Assembly (NCBI GenBank): GCA_001949185.1
Contig: BDGG01000002.1
Coordinates: 2,601,826-2,665,825, forward strand
Reading direction: 5' to 3'
DNA: 64,000 bases
From: Ramazzottius varieornatus
Taxonomy: Eukaryota; Animalia; Tardigrada
Shown here: piece after piece, positions 12,151 through 25,499 of the stretch
How positions within the stretch are numbered: position 1 is the stretch's first letter
Layout of the letters: every line of letters begins with the position of its first letter
Made by a program: the position numbers and the translations under genes
The notes under the pieces: generated by a model
What the model saw: the letters and a program-made list of their open reading frames with translations, nothing else
Database searches by the model: none
What the model was told of the DNA's origin: nothing

Positions 12151-13991
12151 ATGACCAATTTGCTCCATTCCGAAGCGGAAATGCCGGTGGCTCTCAACCA
12201 GCCCCTATCCGTCTTGACGCGTCGGCCACCACGAAGCGAAGCGTACACCAATGGCTCGTCTTCCAGCAATGGTGTCGGTGACTACAGGAGCAACGGCCAT
12301 TCTCGCATCCTGGAGAATCGAGAATCTCCCAGCCGGAACCCGTGGCAGCCCTTTTTGATCGGCGTGGCAGGAGGCACCGCATCGGGCAAAGTAAGCAGAT
12401 TTTAATCCATTGATTTAGTGAATGGCGATGTCAGCGACCGCAATCTGGTGAATCAATCAATCTAAGATAAGGGGATGTGACGCCACTCACGGAACTGAGT
12501 TCAGCAGCGTCAGCAGCATGTCTCGTACCCAGCTTTCTACTTCCGTGAACTGCGCCAGATTGCGCAGCGTTCAGCCGTAGACTGCTACCTCTCTCCACCC
12601 ACACGTTGTTTAAGGATTCATGACTTCGGAGGAGAAACGTTAGACGAAATATGAGGATATTTTTAGCTGAGAAAATATCCATATCTCTTGGTCCAAGGGG
12701 CAAATTCCAGATTGCACCATGTGCAAAGCGAAAACGGAACGGACGCTGCGTTCAGGACCTTGAGGCGTAGATCCTACAGGCTTGCTCGCCCTGACGGAAG
12801 CGTAGGGGTTAGGCTGTTCTGCGGAAGCGAGCGTGCTGCTGTTACGAAATTTTCTCATTGCAAAAATGAAAGGGTATCAGGTGCATGATGGAATGCGGGT
12901 GTGCATTGGGTGACGTACCTTTGATGCAGGTGCATGTCGCCAGCATGAAACATTTTTCTGGTTCGTTCACCCAGTAACCTCGAGACGTGTTGACTGTCCG
13001 ATAACAAGGCCGTCATGGCTATTCATATGCTATTCTCTGCTTTTTCACAGACATCGGTATGTCACAAGATCATGTGTAAACTGGGCCAGGACTGTCTACC
13101 TCATCCGGAGCGGCGAGTGGTGACCATCAGCTCGGACAGTTTCTACCGCGTCCTGACGGAAGATGAGCGTCAAAGAGCCAGGCTGGGGGAATTCAACTTT
13201 GATCACCCCGGTAAGCTCGATGCTAACCAGTAACAGAACTCGCTGTAACGGTTCTGTAACTGTGTGTAGATGCCCTGGACTTTCAGCTGATCCTGGACAC
13301 GATGAACGCACTGCTGGACTCTCAAGTGGCGCGCATTCCTGTCTATGACTTTGTCACGCATACGCGCCTCCCAAATGAATACATCCACGTCTACCCAGCC
13401 GATGTCATTCTGTTCGAAGGCATTCTGGTTTTCTACTTCCCCGAACTGCGAAACTTGTTCAAGTTGAAGCTGTTTGTCGATATGGACGCGGATACTCGTC
13501 TGGCGCGTCGTGGTAAGTTTCTCAATTCAGGGCCGTGCCGCAACGTTGAGAGCGGAAGTTCTGGCTTCTTTGAATAAATTTAGACCCCGGACCTGTCCTT
13601 CCACGTTGGTAATCTTCTTTTAGTGATACGGGACTTGAAAGAGCGTGGCCGAGAGCTGAACTCGACGATACACCAGTACACACTGTTTGTCAAGCCAGCT
13701 TTTGAGGAGTTTTGCCAGCCGACCAAGAAGTACGCTGATGTGATAATTCCTCGTGGCGCCGAGAACGATGTGGCGATCAACTTAATTGTCCAACACATCA
13801 AGGAGCACTTGCTGCCCATGGCTTCGGAGAACGGCAGCCCACGACGATCGATGCAGGACGATTCGAACCAGCCACTGACTAACGGCGTCCACAAGATGGG
13901 CGAGAACGGATTGAATGGCCACGATGAAGCGGAACGGCTAACCAATGGTCTTGCTAGAGCGGAACGGTCAACGAATGGGCGCTACGCTTGA
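12151..13991 (+). CDS. UCK: Uridine-cytidine kinase, 4 exons (~12151-12390, 13051-13210, 13270-13512, 13624-13991)
   Basis: [14 protein letters not shown] (P-loop), [74 protein letters not shown]. Confidence 0.95.
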
Positions 13992-14879
13992 AAGACCCGT
14001 TTTAGTACTCTGACCACTGATGTGCTGCTGAACCGCTCATAACCGAATTGATTATCAATCAACTCAGCAATGGCCTGTTCAGCAGCTCATCAGTGACCTC
14101 GACTAGAAATGAACTAGGAATGAAAAATCTTCCGCTTGTCTTTTATACACTTTTGTTGGCTGGGAATTGTGCTTTGTTCAACTCTGTTGACTTTTGGAGA
14201 TTCTTGGGTTGGTATTTGATGGACCTTTGTTTTGATGGACTGCACAAAGTGTAAGACTGGAGTTGCCGGGAAGTTTGAAGAAGTCGTTCTCTCGGGGCAT
14301 GATTAATACAGCGAGTGTTCTAACTTGCGTTATCAGGCTACTACTGTTGCTCATTTTTCCTTATTCATTACCTGCTCTAATTTATGTACTCTCTCAACTG
14401 TGGACCAGAAATCGACTGAATAAATATCCTCAGCGATAGCCGTAAAGTCCGTTCCCTTCCTCGTTTGTTTCTCTTCGTAACACGACAGAAGAACATCCGA
14501 ATTGCATGCGCCTGACGTAACACCGACACCTCACAACCATGCTATGGACGTGTCTTTAGTGCAGAACGCGAGTGACGTAGGACGGCAGAGAAACCGGGTG
14601 CACCAAATCTGGCGTTGACTTGATTGCACGTGTCGCAGCCACACTTCTGCAAGCACTTTAGAATGGGAGTAAGTATGGGGATTTATGGGAGGTGGTTTGT
14701 TTTGATTTTTCCCACCGATGCATGTTTTACAGTTACACTAGGAATTGTGTTTCTCTTTCTGCAAGGCCAGCTTTTCGTGTGGATGAATCCTGGATGAATG
14801 CTCTCACTGCTTCGTAACCTTTGCACAAAGGAACCATTGTATTCATAGCTGGAACATAAAGGAGCTGTAAGAATCCAAG

Positions 14880-15933
14880 ATGGGGTTATTTGGACAAACG
14901 AAGGTGGATCCAAAGGCACAGGTGGACGAATGGACCAAAACATGCAGGACATCAGTACGGGATATGGATCGTCAAATTCGCAGTATGTTCTGATTCTGGT
15001 CTTGCTGCGTTTTCTTACGTCCAGAGATAACGTAATGTACGCTTGGTTAGATATCCAGAGAGAAGAAGAGCGAGCGAAACGGTGCCTGAAGGATGCAGCC
15101 AAGAAAGGCGACAAGGACGTGTGTAAAATATTGGCCAAGGAGATTGTTCGTTCACGGAAGACCGTCAACAAGATGAACCTAGCCAAGGTCCAGGTCAATT
15201 CCTTGATATTACACATGCGCCATCAACTGTGTAAGTTTTGGTACTTTCTTGTGGTTGAAAGAGAAGTCTGCAGGAGGAATTTTACGGTTGAATTTATGTC
15301 TTTCTTGCAGCAACATTGAGAGTCGCTGGCTCCCTACAAAAATCGACAGAAGTCATGACAGCTATGCAGAATCTAATCAGGATGCCAGAAATCAACGCGA
15401 TAATGCAGGGAATGGCGAAAGAGATGATGCGAGTAGGTCTAAAATTTGCGTATTTTTCAGAAAAAAGATATTTTTCAGAAAAGATATTAGTTTGCATCGG
15501 TCCGCCCATCTTGCACATGATGTCATGCATTCCAGTCTCCTAACACGTGTGTGCTTTGTCGTCATGCGGGATTTCATGAACATACCTTGATTTTTTTGAG
15601 TTTTCGTGATGCTTAATTCCAGTCTGTCGTTCGCAGGCTGGTATTATCGAAGAAATGATGGATGACGCCATGGACTCCCTTGACGATCCTGATCTTGAGG
15701 AACAAGCTGATGTGGAAGTGGAGAAGGTCCTGTGGGAGCTGACAGAAGGCAAATTGGGCGAAGCTCCTCGCGTCCTCGACGACAGTCTTCCCGCAGGTTC
15801 CAGTCGTACAAAAGTTCCTAGCGGTGGCGTCAAAGCGCGAACTCCTGCCCTTAGTAATCCAGACGTGGCTGAGGGAGACGAGGAAGAAGACCTCGAAACA
15901 GTGAGGCAGCGATTGTCCGAGTTGAAGAGCTGA
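14880..15933 (+). CDS. CHMP3: Charged multivesicular body protein 3 (Vps24, ESCRT-III), 4 exons
   Basis: MGLFG...DMDRQIR, IQREEERAK...DVCKILAKEIVRSRK, RVAGSLQKSTEVM, MAKEMMRAGIIEEMMDD, EVEKVLWELTEG, and C-terminal MIM RQRLSELKS. Confidence 0.95.
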
Positions 15934-16154
15934 GGACCCAAAAAAACGTTCTTCCGCGTTTTATTCAATTGTAAAAATGAATTCCTCTCTTCATTTTTCA
16001 CCTTTTTTATTCACACCCACAGTTGATGTTTTATCTAAACAGGTTTGTTTCTACTTCAGTTGCCTAATTTTCGGATGCGAAGTGCAAAAGCGGGGTCGGA
16101 TTACAAGGAGATAAAAGAATGAAACAAAAACAAAGAATTCCTAAAAATTAGTTA

Positions 16155-16499
16155 CTAGTATCCTTCGTTCGACCAAGTTAACTTCGACGAAGGGAAAGCT
16201 TTCTTAAGAATCGAAACAGTAACCTCGTGGTCAGCCTTTCCATAGCCGATGGAGTGACCATAAACGGAAATCACATTGCCATTTCGTTCGATTCTTCCAC
16301 CACCAAGACATTCCGTTGAGATTCCCTTCTTCTTCAGTTCCTTTTCCGTCTTCTCAAACACATTCGCATGGTACTCCGCCGAAGCATTACCGCGCACGAT
16401 ATTTTTCGACTGGTTATCCTTGTCTGTTGCTTTGATTAAAACGTACTTGAAGATACCGCTGTCGTCGATTTCCACATCGGGGACTTCTTTGATAGACAT
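16155..16499 (-). CDS. PHPT1: Janus/Ocnus-family 14-kDa phosphohistidine phosphatase
   Basis: VPDVEIDDSGIFKYVLI, IVRG, AEYHANVF (catalytic His), ECLGGGRI, VYGHSIGYGKADH, TWSNEGY. Confidence 0.92.
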   Translation of the reverse strand: MSIKEVPDVEIDDSGIFKYVLIKATDKDNQSKNIVRGNASAEYHANVFEKTEKELKKKGISTECLGGGRIERNGNVISVYGHSIGYGKADHEVTVSILKKAFPSSKLTWSNEGY

Positions 16500-17136
16500 T
16501 GCTTGGAAAACGGGAAGCGCTCTGTAAAGACAACAGATTGATCATGACCAACAGCTCATACCCGTCATACCGTTTCACCTCCTACCGTCCCAGCGCAGAC
16601 AGAAACTTAGCAGTGAATGTGGTTTTCGGGATGATGCATCGCATAACAGCTTCCCTCCCGAGCCGGTTATTGTGATGCTGCGGCCAGGATGCGGGAAAGG
16701 TCTGTCCTGCAAGATCCTGGACGAGAACGAGACGTCGGGAAGAAACCTGGATTGAAAGAGGATTTTACGGAAAAAGAAATTTCGATAGGTGATTTATGCA
16801 ATCAAACTTTTTCATTCGTAGCGTTCAATCAATCGGAGGTGCTCGCTCTCGTTCAGGTAATGGTGCTAAGGGATGTGGTGCCACCACATGAAACCCAGTG
16901 CAGGTGTTCGTTACGTCACGACGCTGACGTATTGCGATTTGGCATCGATAAAAGTGGACGTGGAAGAAAGACTAGAAAATCCATTCTTTTAATTTTCCTC
17001 GTTCTTTCGGGCCTTAACTCTGTTCCTTCTAGGCCTAGTCTGCAACGATCTGCATTCATTGGGTTTATATAAGTGAACGGAAGTAGTTGCAGTCTTTCGA
17101 CGGATGGAGTGTGGAGCGGGACGTCGGTGAAGCACC

Positions 17137-20100
17137 ATGTCTGCGTCGGAAGCCGGTGGAGGAGTAGTGGTCAGCAGGACGTCCAAACCGACTCGCGAAA
17201 AGGCCTCCACGGCAGCTGCATCTTCGATCCCGTCGGAGGATGCCGTGAAGAAAATTTCGGACGGCGGAGCAGCTGTCCAAACGAAGCCAACAAAGCGGAA
17301 GATGACGGCCAAGATGGGCTTCATCACTCTGTTTCCCATTTTAATATTGACGCTAGCCTGGATAGCAGGCTTTTGCTCAAGACTTTTCGCTGTGGTGCGC
17401 TTTGAAGCCATCATTCACGAGTTTGATCCTTGGTTCAATTATCGAGCCACGCATTACATGGTCAAGAATGGTTTTTACAATTTCCTCAATTGGTTTGACG
17501 AACGCGCGTGGTTTCCACTGGGCCGTATTGTTGGAGGCACGGTAAGCGTAGCTTGATTGACCGATTGGAACTGTTCCCCCCATTTGTTCTGTTTTCTGGG
17601 CCCATGACGTCATCGTAGCTTCGTTTCCGTACTACTGTGCGTGACTACTTACTTTGGTATGGCGTGACGTCATGGTCGAGTTTACTGAGCGGTTGTGTTT
17701 ATCGATTTTCTTTGTGCTATTAGGTGTATCCAGGCTTGATGGTTACTTCCGGTGCCATTCACTACTTTCTGAGCTTGCTGAACATTCCCGTCCACATTCG
17801 CGACGTTTGTGTCTTTCTCGCGCCGATCTTCAGCGGTCTGACGGCCATCGCCACGTTTCTCCTCACGAAAGAGCTATGGAGTACAGGAGCTGGCCTCTTC
17901 GCAGCCTGCTTCATCGCCATCGTGCCCGGTTACATTTCGCGATCCGTCGCGGGATCTTACGACAACGAAGGCATTGCCATTTTCGCTCTGATCTTCGTTT
18001 ACTACCTCTGGGTGAGAAGCTTGTTCGCAAATTATTTTCACTACCCTATCTGGAATCGCAGCACGAAACCACGCTATGGATCGCGTTCCTTGACGTGGTG
18101 AAAGCAGGGCTTCTTTGCTGTATTTCGCGACGGGCAGGGTAAAGCGTTGAATAATATTTTTTTCATCTCTTTGCTTGATCGCAGGTGAAAAGTGTCAACA
18201 CAGGGTCAGTTTACTGGGGTGCTCTCACCGCTCTAGCCTACTTCTACATGGTATCAGCATGGGGAGGCTACGTTTTCATCATCAACCTGATCCCACTGCA
18301 CGTCTTCGCTCTCATCCTCATGGGTCGTTTCAGCAGCCGCATCTACGTAGCCTACTCCACCTTTTACATCCTCGGAACTCTTCTGTCCATGCAGATCCCA
18401 TTCGTGGGATTCCAGCCCATCAGGACCAGTGAACACATGGCCGCGGCGGGAGTGTTCGCGCTTTTGAACGCGCTGGCATTCTTGAAGTACCTGCAACGCT
18501 TCAAGAAGCAGATCAACCTGTGGTTGCTAGCGGGTGGCGCGGCTGCTGCGGTCTTTGCTGCCGTTGTCGGACTAACCGTCACCGGGCACATCGCACCATG
18601 GAGTGGAAGGTTTTACAGTCTTTGGGATACCGGTTATGCCAAGATTCATATTCCCATCATCGCGTCTGTCAGTGAACATCAGCCGACAACTTGGGTAATT
18701 TCACACGTTTCAGATTACCGATACAGTCGCAGAAAACCACCGTTGTGCTTGTTCGTTGGCTCCGAATAGGTTTCTTCAAAATCTGGCGGAGTCTTAGATT
18801 TCGGCGTACGATCTGTTGAGTCTTGGGTTTTTGTAGACCTCTTACTTCTTCGACCTGCACATTCTGGTGTGTCTGTTCCCCGTCGGAGCGTACTACTGCG
18901 TGAAGAAGATTAACGATGTTCGGGTCTTCATCGTCCTGTACGCGGCCACCGCCTCGTACTTTTCCGGAGTCATGATCCGACTGATGCTGACTCTCACACC
19001 GGTTGTCTGCATCCTGGCCGGCATCGCTCTATCCGAGGTTTGATTTCTTTTCGAAACATACATGAGAAGAAAATTTTGTCAGATGTGCCAGTCAGTCAAT
19101 TTTAGAAAACAGAGTCGAAGTAAAACTTACGAAATATCGTAGAAAACAAAGGCTCGAAGTGCACCCGATGCACGGACAGCTAAAGTTACAAGCTTGAGAA
19201 TCATTGGTCCATATTATCGTCTACTGTGAAAACACGCTCTGTTTTCCGCGAAATTTAGTACCACCGTACGGTGCATGTCGGAAGTTTATCTTTTCGACCA
19301 TATAGCTTGACTGTAAGGGATTGTTGTAGTTAATGGAGACTTACCTGACTGGTCTCGACGGCTCCACCCTCCACAAGAAAGAGGAAAAGTCTTCGGAAGA
19401 AGTGGTCGTCAAGAAGACGAAAGAAAGTAAGGACAAGAACAAGCCCATGTTTGACGAAGCAGTTAGTCCAGGAGCCAAGAAACCCAGCGGAGCTGCTGCT
19501 CAGCTGGAGGACCTCGACCCTACTGGTATCGGTATCAGCATCCGTAACATTGTCGTTGGTGTGGCATGCATCCTGCTGGTTCTCTTCGCTGTTCACTGCA
19601 CCTGGGTGAGTCTTTCTTGAAGTTCTCAATGGTCCGGAAAAAAACTTCGAGTACATTTTCGGATATATTCGGACTGATTTCCGGGCCTTTTTTACTCCCG
19701 AAATTTTGAGATTTCAACATCTTAAGATTCGAATCGAGAGAATTCGAACGGAAAAGTCGGTTAGAATTAAAAGTGTTTTGAATTACGGTAATTGGTGTCT
19801 GCAAATTTTCTCTCGGAGTTTTTCGAAATTTTATCTGTCCCGAATTATTTTTTAACATTCTTGTTTAACTTAGGTCACGTCAAATGCGTACAGTTCGCCT
19901 TCCATCGTTCTCGCCACCTACGGCCACGACGGTAGCCGGAACATTTTGGACGATTTCAGAGAAGCCTACTACTGGTTGTGGCAGAACACTGACGAGAAGG
20001 CCACGGTGATGAGTTGGTGGGACTACGGGTATCAGATAGCGGGTATGGGCAATCGGACAACCATAGTGGACAACAACACTTGGAACAACAGCCACATTGC

Positions 20101-20851
20101 CTTGGTCGGTAAAGCCATGAGCTCCAACGAAAGCGCTGCCATCAAGATCATGCGAGACCTGGACGTCGACTATGTCCTCGTCATCTTCGGTGAGTCTTTC
20201 ATAAAATACGGATTTTCTCCAGTACAATATCCAAACAGAAACGCTCTGTCTCACGCTTTTCCGTGGTAGTTCGACATAGGTCAGGGTGGTTAGTCACGCT
20301 TTAGCCATGTTGTCCGACATGCTAGAACCATGATTTGTGATCTCAGTTTCGAGTCGGGATCGCTGAAACCGAAAAGATGGAATACTTTGTTGTTCTTGAT
20401 AGGTGGTATCATTGGGTATTCGGGGGACGATATCAACAAGTTTCTGTGGATGGTACGTATTGCCGAAGGTGAGCATCCGAAAGACATTCGAGAAGCTGAC
20501 TATTTCAGTCCCGACGGTCACTTCCGGGTGGACAGCGGAGGGTCGAAGGTTCTGATGAACTGTCTGATGTACAAGCTGTCTTACTACCGGTTCGGTGAAA
20601 TCCAGCTGGGTAACCGCCAGCCTTTCGGGTATGACCGAGCACGCGGCGTGGAGATTGGCTTCAAGGATATCAAGTTGGAACACATGGAGGAAGCCTTCAC
20701 CTCCGAGCACTGGTTAGTGCGCATCTACAAGGTGAAGAAACCCAAGAACCACGCCAAAGTCACGAAGAAACAGAGCAAGATCAAAAGAGTCATTTCGCAG
20801 AAGACGAGTAGGAAACAAGAAGGCGTTCTGAGAAAACCTGTCCAGATATGA
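17137..20851 (+). CDS. STT3B: Oligosaccharyltransferase catalytic subunit, STT3B type, about 7 exons
   Basis: [34 protein letters not shown] and [40 protein letters not shown] (B-type residues), plus [13 protein letters not shown] and [16 protein letters not shown]. Confidence 0.95.
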
Positions 20852-21265
20852 AAGGGTTCTCGTTTTTATTTCGCTTTCAACCCTTGTTTTTGAAACAAAA
20901 TATTGTGTAAAATCTGTGAAAGCACGCTTCTTTTTCTTTGTTTCTTATTCTGATTTGCATTATATTAAAGCTCGGTACTTTGAGCAAATAGACCACCAGT
21001 TTTGCTTGATTCCTGTAATTCATTAATTTCAGACTCGTTCGGTCATAGAGTTGCAATTTGACTGAAAGCTTGTCATCGAAGTAAGGAGACAAACTTAGAA
21101 ATGGATAGTCATGACGTAAAACTGAGCAGGCGGAAGACGAAATAATTTTACCTTCTGTGAAAAAGAAACATGCAGCCCGATTCAGCAAAGCAGAATCATG
21201 AGCGACCTCACTTCCGCCATACAAAAGCGCGCAATACGAGTCTCAAACTCTGTGATATCATAACC

Positions 21266-21859
21266 GCTGGTCATTTCGTCACCGATAACCTCGTAGCTGT
21301 GGGTCATTTCGGTGTTAGTCGAGGGAATGGTCATTTCGGTATTAAGCTGATCTCCGCTTTCAGTGTGCTTGAACTGCCAAAAGCCAAAAGAAGACAGGCT
21401 GGATTACTCCACACACAGTAACGAGAGAACACTACTTTGAGTTCTACTTGAATTCAGTGCTGTCGTAGGTAAAGGTTCCTCCTCGTCCGATCGTGAAGTC
21501 GTACTCCTTCTTGTGGTCAGTGCCAGGGAAAGTCATCTGGGCGTGGTCCCCTCTTTCGGTAATGGTCACGACGGCCTTCTGCTTGTCACTGCAGAGACCG
21601 TGGTGCTCGGGCTAGAAGCTGACTACCTTGACCAAGGCTTCCCGGTTCTAGGGGTCTTGTCGCTCCACTCCCATCTGCCCAACCAAAGTTTGCCGGTCCA
21701 TTAGGCGTTGTAGTTGTCGTGAGGCCTTGCGGCAACGATCACAGCGAGACCTACAAAAGCAAAAGGTCCACAGTGTACCTAAGTGGTGGCATCCTACCAA
21801 ATAATCAAAATGGAGCTGGCCTTATGGAAAAGGATAACAGAAGCGAGGGCGGACGACAT
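21266..21859 (-). pseudogene. SAHS: SAHS (secretory-abundant heat-soluble, FABP-like fold) pseudogene, SAHS4-like
   Basis: Reconstructed as MSSALASVILF | GLAVIVAARPHDNYNA*WTGKLWLGRWEWSDKTP(fs)NREALVKVVSF*PEHHGLCSDKQKAVVTI..GDHAQMTFPGTDHKKEYDFTIGRGGTFTYDSTEFK | FKHTESGDQLNTEMTIPSTNTEMTHSYEVIGDEMTS. The WTGxxWxGxW motif is typical of SAHS. Two stops, a frameshift and damaged splice donors. Not visible in the ORF track. Confidence 0.85.
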
Positions 21860-23744
21860 CTTGGCGATTAGGGATGAGAAACCGGTAAACTGGAAAGAAA
21901 AAGGACTACGACAATCGATCTAGGCGGCTTCCTCATAATTGATAAGGGAACAAGGAAGTGGACGACTATCTAATTTACAACTACGACAGAGTATCTATTT
22001 TTTTGTCCATCTTTTCAGGCAAAAACTACTGATTCAAATCGCCCAAAATTTTGCACAGAACTCCAGAAAATACGTTGTGGGCAGCAAAGGGAGTTTTTAC
22101 TGTCTTGAGATCCGATGTGATTTTCATCTGAATTTTTCTGGATCATTTTACTTGGCATATGAGAATTGTGTGAATCAACCTCTGTCTAGTTGCTTAGGAC
22201 CGAAGGATATTTATCGACAACCTTTATCAAATTTCATGACTGGCTCTTAGTAACAGTCCCTCAGAAGGTCATCATGGGAGCAAGGACGCAAGTTTAGCTC
22301 ACAGGTCAGGGCTGGAATAAGTTTCATTTCGAAAAGATCCGCCGCAAATCGACCTTTTCTTCACTGACGACCGGCCCTTAGCATGGTGTAGCCAAACTCA
22401 TATGAAAATGGCGCCGTGCTCATATGACATATGCTTATATGCTCATACGACGCCGTTTCTCTATATCTATCTATCGGTGGACCGAAGCAATCCAGGTCTA
22501 CGATATAGACGGGCGACGGTCAGCCAAAACGAGGGGTGTGACTTTTCGTTAGCGCACGATTTGGTTACGAGTCCACCCCGGTTACTCCTCCCTACTACTG
22601 TATCTGTATAGTCACCTCGAAACAAGTACCAGCTGATCTTTTGTGATCGTGAATTATAAAGCGCAAATTCCGAAGTTAGTCTTGCCGAAGCATTCTGTTC
22701 TGATACGATGCAAAAAACTCGGTACTTCCGGCAAATAATATTGAGAGACCGGCAAGCATTCCCGAGACGATCTTCGTCTCAAGGGTCCCAGTTTATGGCT
22801 GACAACGTGCGCCACTTCAACTAACGACCGTTCCGGAAATACCTACCGGCCCTCCGAATAAATTCTTACTTTTCAGCTGTTCTAATTTATTATTACAGTA
22901 CTACTGTTTCGGTCATGACAGTACGTATAATGAAAGCTTTTGAATGGAGTACTGTGATTGCTATTGGAACCGGATTGTTTCGTCGCGTAAAATTGAGTGA
23001 TGCGGATGTATGAATATGAATCTGAAAGGGAACCTCGAGAAGTAATAGAATGTTAGGTAACAGTAGTGGCTTGAAGACTACAGGTTGACTTGTCAGAGAG
23101 CGAGGAATCGCGAGCCATTGGTTCAGTCGCTCGTTACTCTCAGGCTGATTTCATACAGTGTTAGTATGATCTGATGCGAAGCGTGGAGAGCGATCTTGCC
23201 AGCTTTTACAGCGGTACCTGTCATGTCTTATCACAAACGTTCGAAGAAACTAACAGTCCCTGTCAGCGCTGTTGACACCGGTGCACGATCTTTTTTATGC
23301 AACAAGCCAATAATCTGTAACAATAAGCATACCGCCAACTTCTTTCGAGACGGTAACACTTCTCGCAAAGTTCAATTACACCGGCGGCGATATTTTGCAG
23401 TGAAATCGATCAGATCGAACAAGCTTAATCTTTTGGTCCTTTCCCGTCTCGTTCGGTCGCCGCTCAAAACTTTTTTTTCGTTTGTTTGATTTCAGAGCCA
23501 CCATAATCTTTCACGGTACTTACATTCCACTATGTACTCCATTGACATTCAATCATCAACGTAGGTGCACCAGCTTGGTTTTTGATCTTATGAGGTATCC
23601 CATCGGAAGTTGGTCGTAATTTGGAGTGCGTAAAATTCGGAATACCGTAGATTAATTCGGATATGCGTTGCCCTGGCTGATTTGGAATTCAAAAGTTGAC
23701 GCCGGGAAACAAATCAAGGACTCTCTTAGCGGCGTTTTGTGGCA

Positions 23745-25499
23745 ATGGAATTCCGTACACGTGGATTGGTTACAATTGGAATACTTCTGGGAATATCACA
23801 GTTGTCTTGCTGCTTGAATGGTAAAGTACATCCAAAGATCGCGGGTTGCGGTGCTGAAGAACTGGTTTAGGGCTCTCTGCTTCGGACATTTAACGATTGT
23901 ATTCGTTGTAGAAAAGATAAAACAGAAGGTGGTGAGAACGTGCGCAGAAGATGAGATCTGCTCTTTCAGTTGGAACTGTGATAACATACGGAAACCTGTC
24001 AGAAACTGTCAAGGACCTTTCTTTTACTTTACCATCTGCTGTAAAGTTGGTCCTGGCTCCGGAGACAAAATTACCAACGAAATTGAAGATACGGTTCCTG
24101 TTGTGACGAACCCACCAACAACGACGACTCCCACGACGACAACCACAACGACCACAACGACAACGACCACCACGACCGTTCGTCGACCTTCACCACCAAG
24201 TATGTTCGAGTCTAAATCTTTCTTGCTAGCTCTCATCATCAACCAATTAATTAACGCAAACGACATTCTTGCATGACTGTCGTTCGAGAACCATATTGGA
24301 GGTTCACTCACACATTTGGCTGATTGTGGGAATTTCTGAGTACTCATGCGAATCTCAAACTCTTAGTGGTGGACCGAAGCACAGTGGAAAAAGTGAAAGC
24401 AAAGACTGAGCTAAGAAAGTCGTAAAGTTTGTATCGCCATCTTATACATTACAGCATGCGGACAAGCACCGTTGGTTCTCCGCGGACCGCGCATCGTCGG
24501 TGGTTCGCAAGCACAATTTGGTGAATATCCGTACCAGCTGATGTTGGTCATTCGCGGCGCAGAAAAGTGTGGAGCCACCCTCATCGCCCCACAGTGGATC
24601 GTCACAGCCGGTCACTGTATCGCCTCGTACGTCACATATCCCTTCGGATTTACAACATATTTTTCATAATCTGAAAATTATTTTCTGTTAAAGGGGATCA
24701 GTTCAGCCGAACGAAGTAATCGTTCTCCTGGGCTTGTACGACCGAGCGCGCAATAGCGACATGTTCCCTATCGAACAACGGCGAGCCGCCAAGCTCTTTG
24801 TGCACCCACTCTACAACTCCGAGCGGAGTTTCTCCCATGATATTACTTTGATTAAGTTGGACTCGCCAGTACAATTTCGACCCTACATCCAACCCGTCTG
24901 CTTACCCTCGCCGAACGACAATTTCGTCGGAGAACTCGGCACCATCTCAGGATGGGGCCGTCTGCAGTTCCGCGAAGACCGCCCTGGGATATTGCAGCAT
25001 ACGGAAATACCCATCATTCCAACCGGCTTGTGTGAAGACATGTTTGAGAAGCAGCTGGGCAGAAAGGAAGGAGTGAAGCTGGATATGTTATGTGGGGGCA
25101 CCGAAGAGGGCGGAAAAGACGCTTGTCAGGTAAGGACGGGCAACCCTCTCTGCAGGAAGTCTACTCATTTGTAAAGTTAACTTTTTGATTGCACTTGGCA
25201 GGGTGATTCTGGAGGACCAATGACTGTAACAAGAAACGGAACTTTCATTTTAGCCGGCATCGTTAGCTTCGGCTATGGTTGCGGATTACCGGGTACGAAC
25301 TTCAGCAACAGCCCAACAAAAATGCTTTCCCAAGCTACAGAAATCTTCTCCGCCCTCTGACAGCAGCTTGCTGTTCACGGAATGCAAATTCGGACCGAGT
25401 ACTGAGTGTGACTGCTTTTCTACAGGTTATCCTGGAGTTTACACGAAAGTCAGTTCCATGGTTCCTTGGATTTTGGACACGATAAGGAAAGAGAGCTAA
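23745..25499 (+). CDS. Secreted clip-domain (Stubble/proclotting-enzyme-like) trypsin-type serine protease with a Thr-rich linker, about 6 exons
   Basis: Signal peptide [23 protein letters not shown]; six-Cys knot ending in CC; poly-Thr; CG...R-IVGG activation site; TAGHC, DITL and DACQ|GDSGGP catalytic motifs; PGVYTKV. Confidence 0.9.

Noticed and set aside
22410-22460. Imperfect hairpin with CATATG repeats
   Set aside because: Too short and degenerate to call a miRNA or mobile element.
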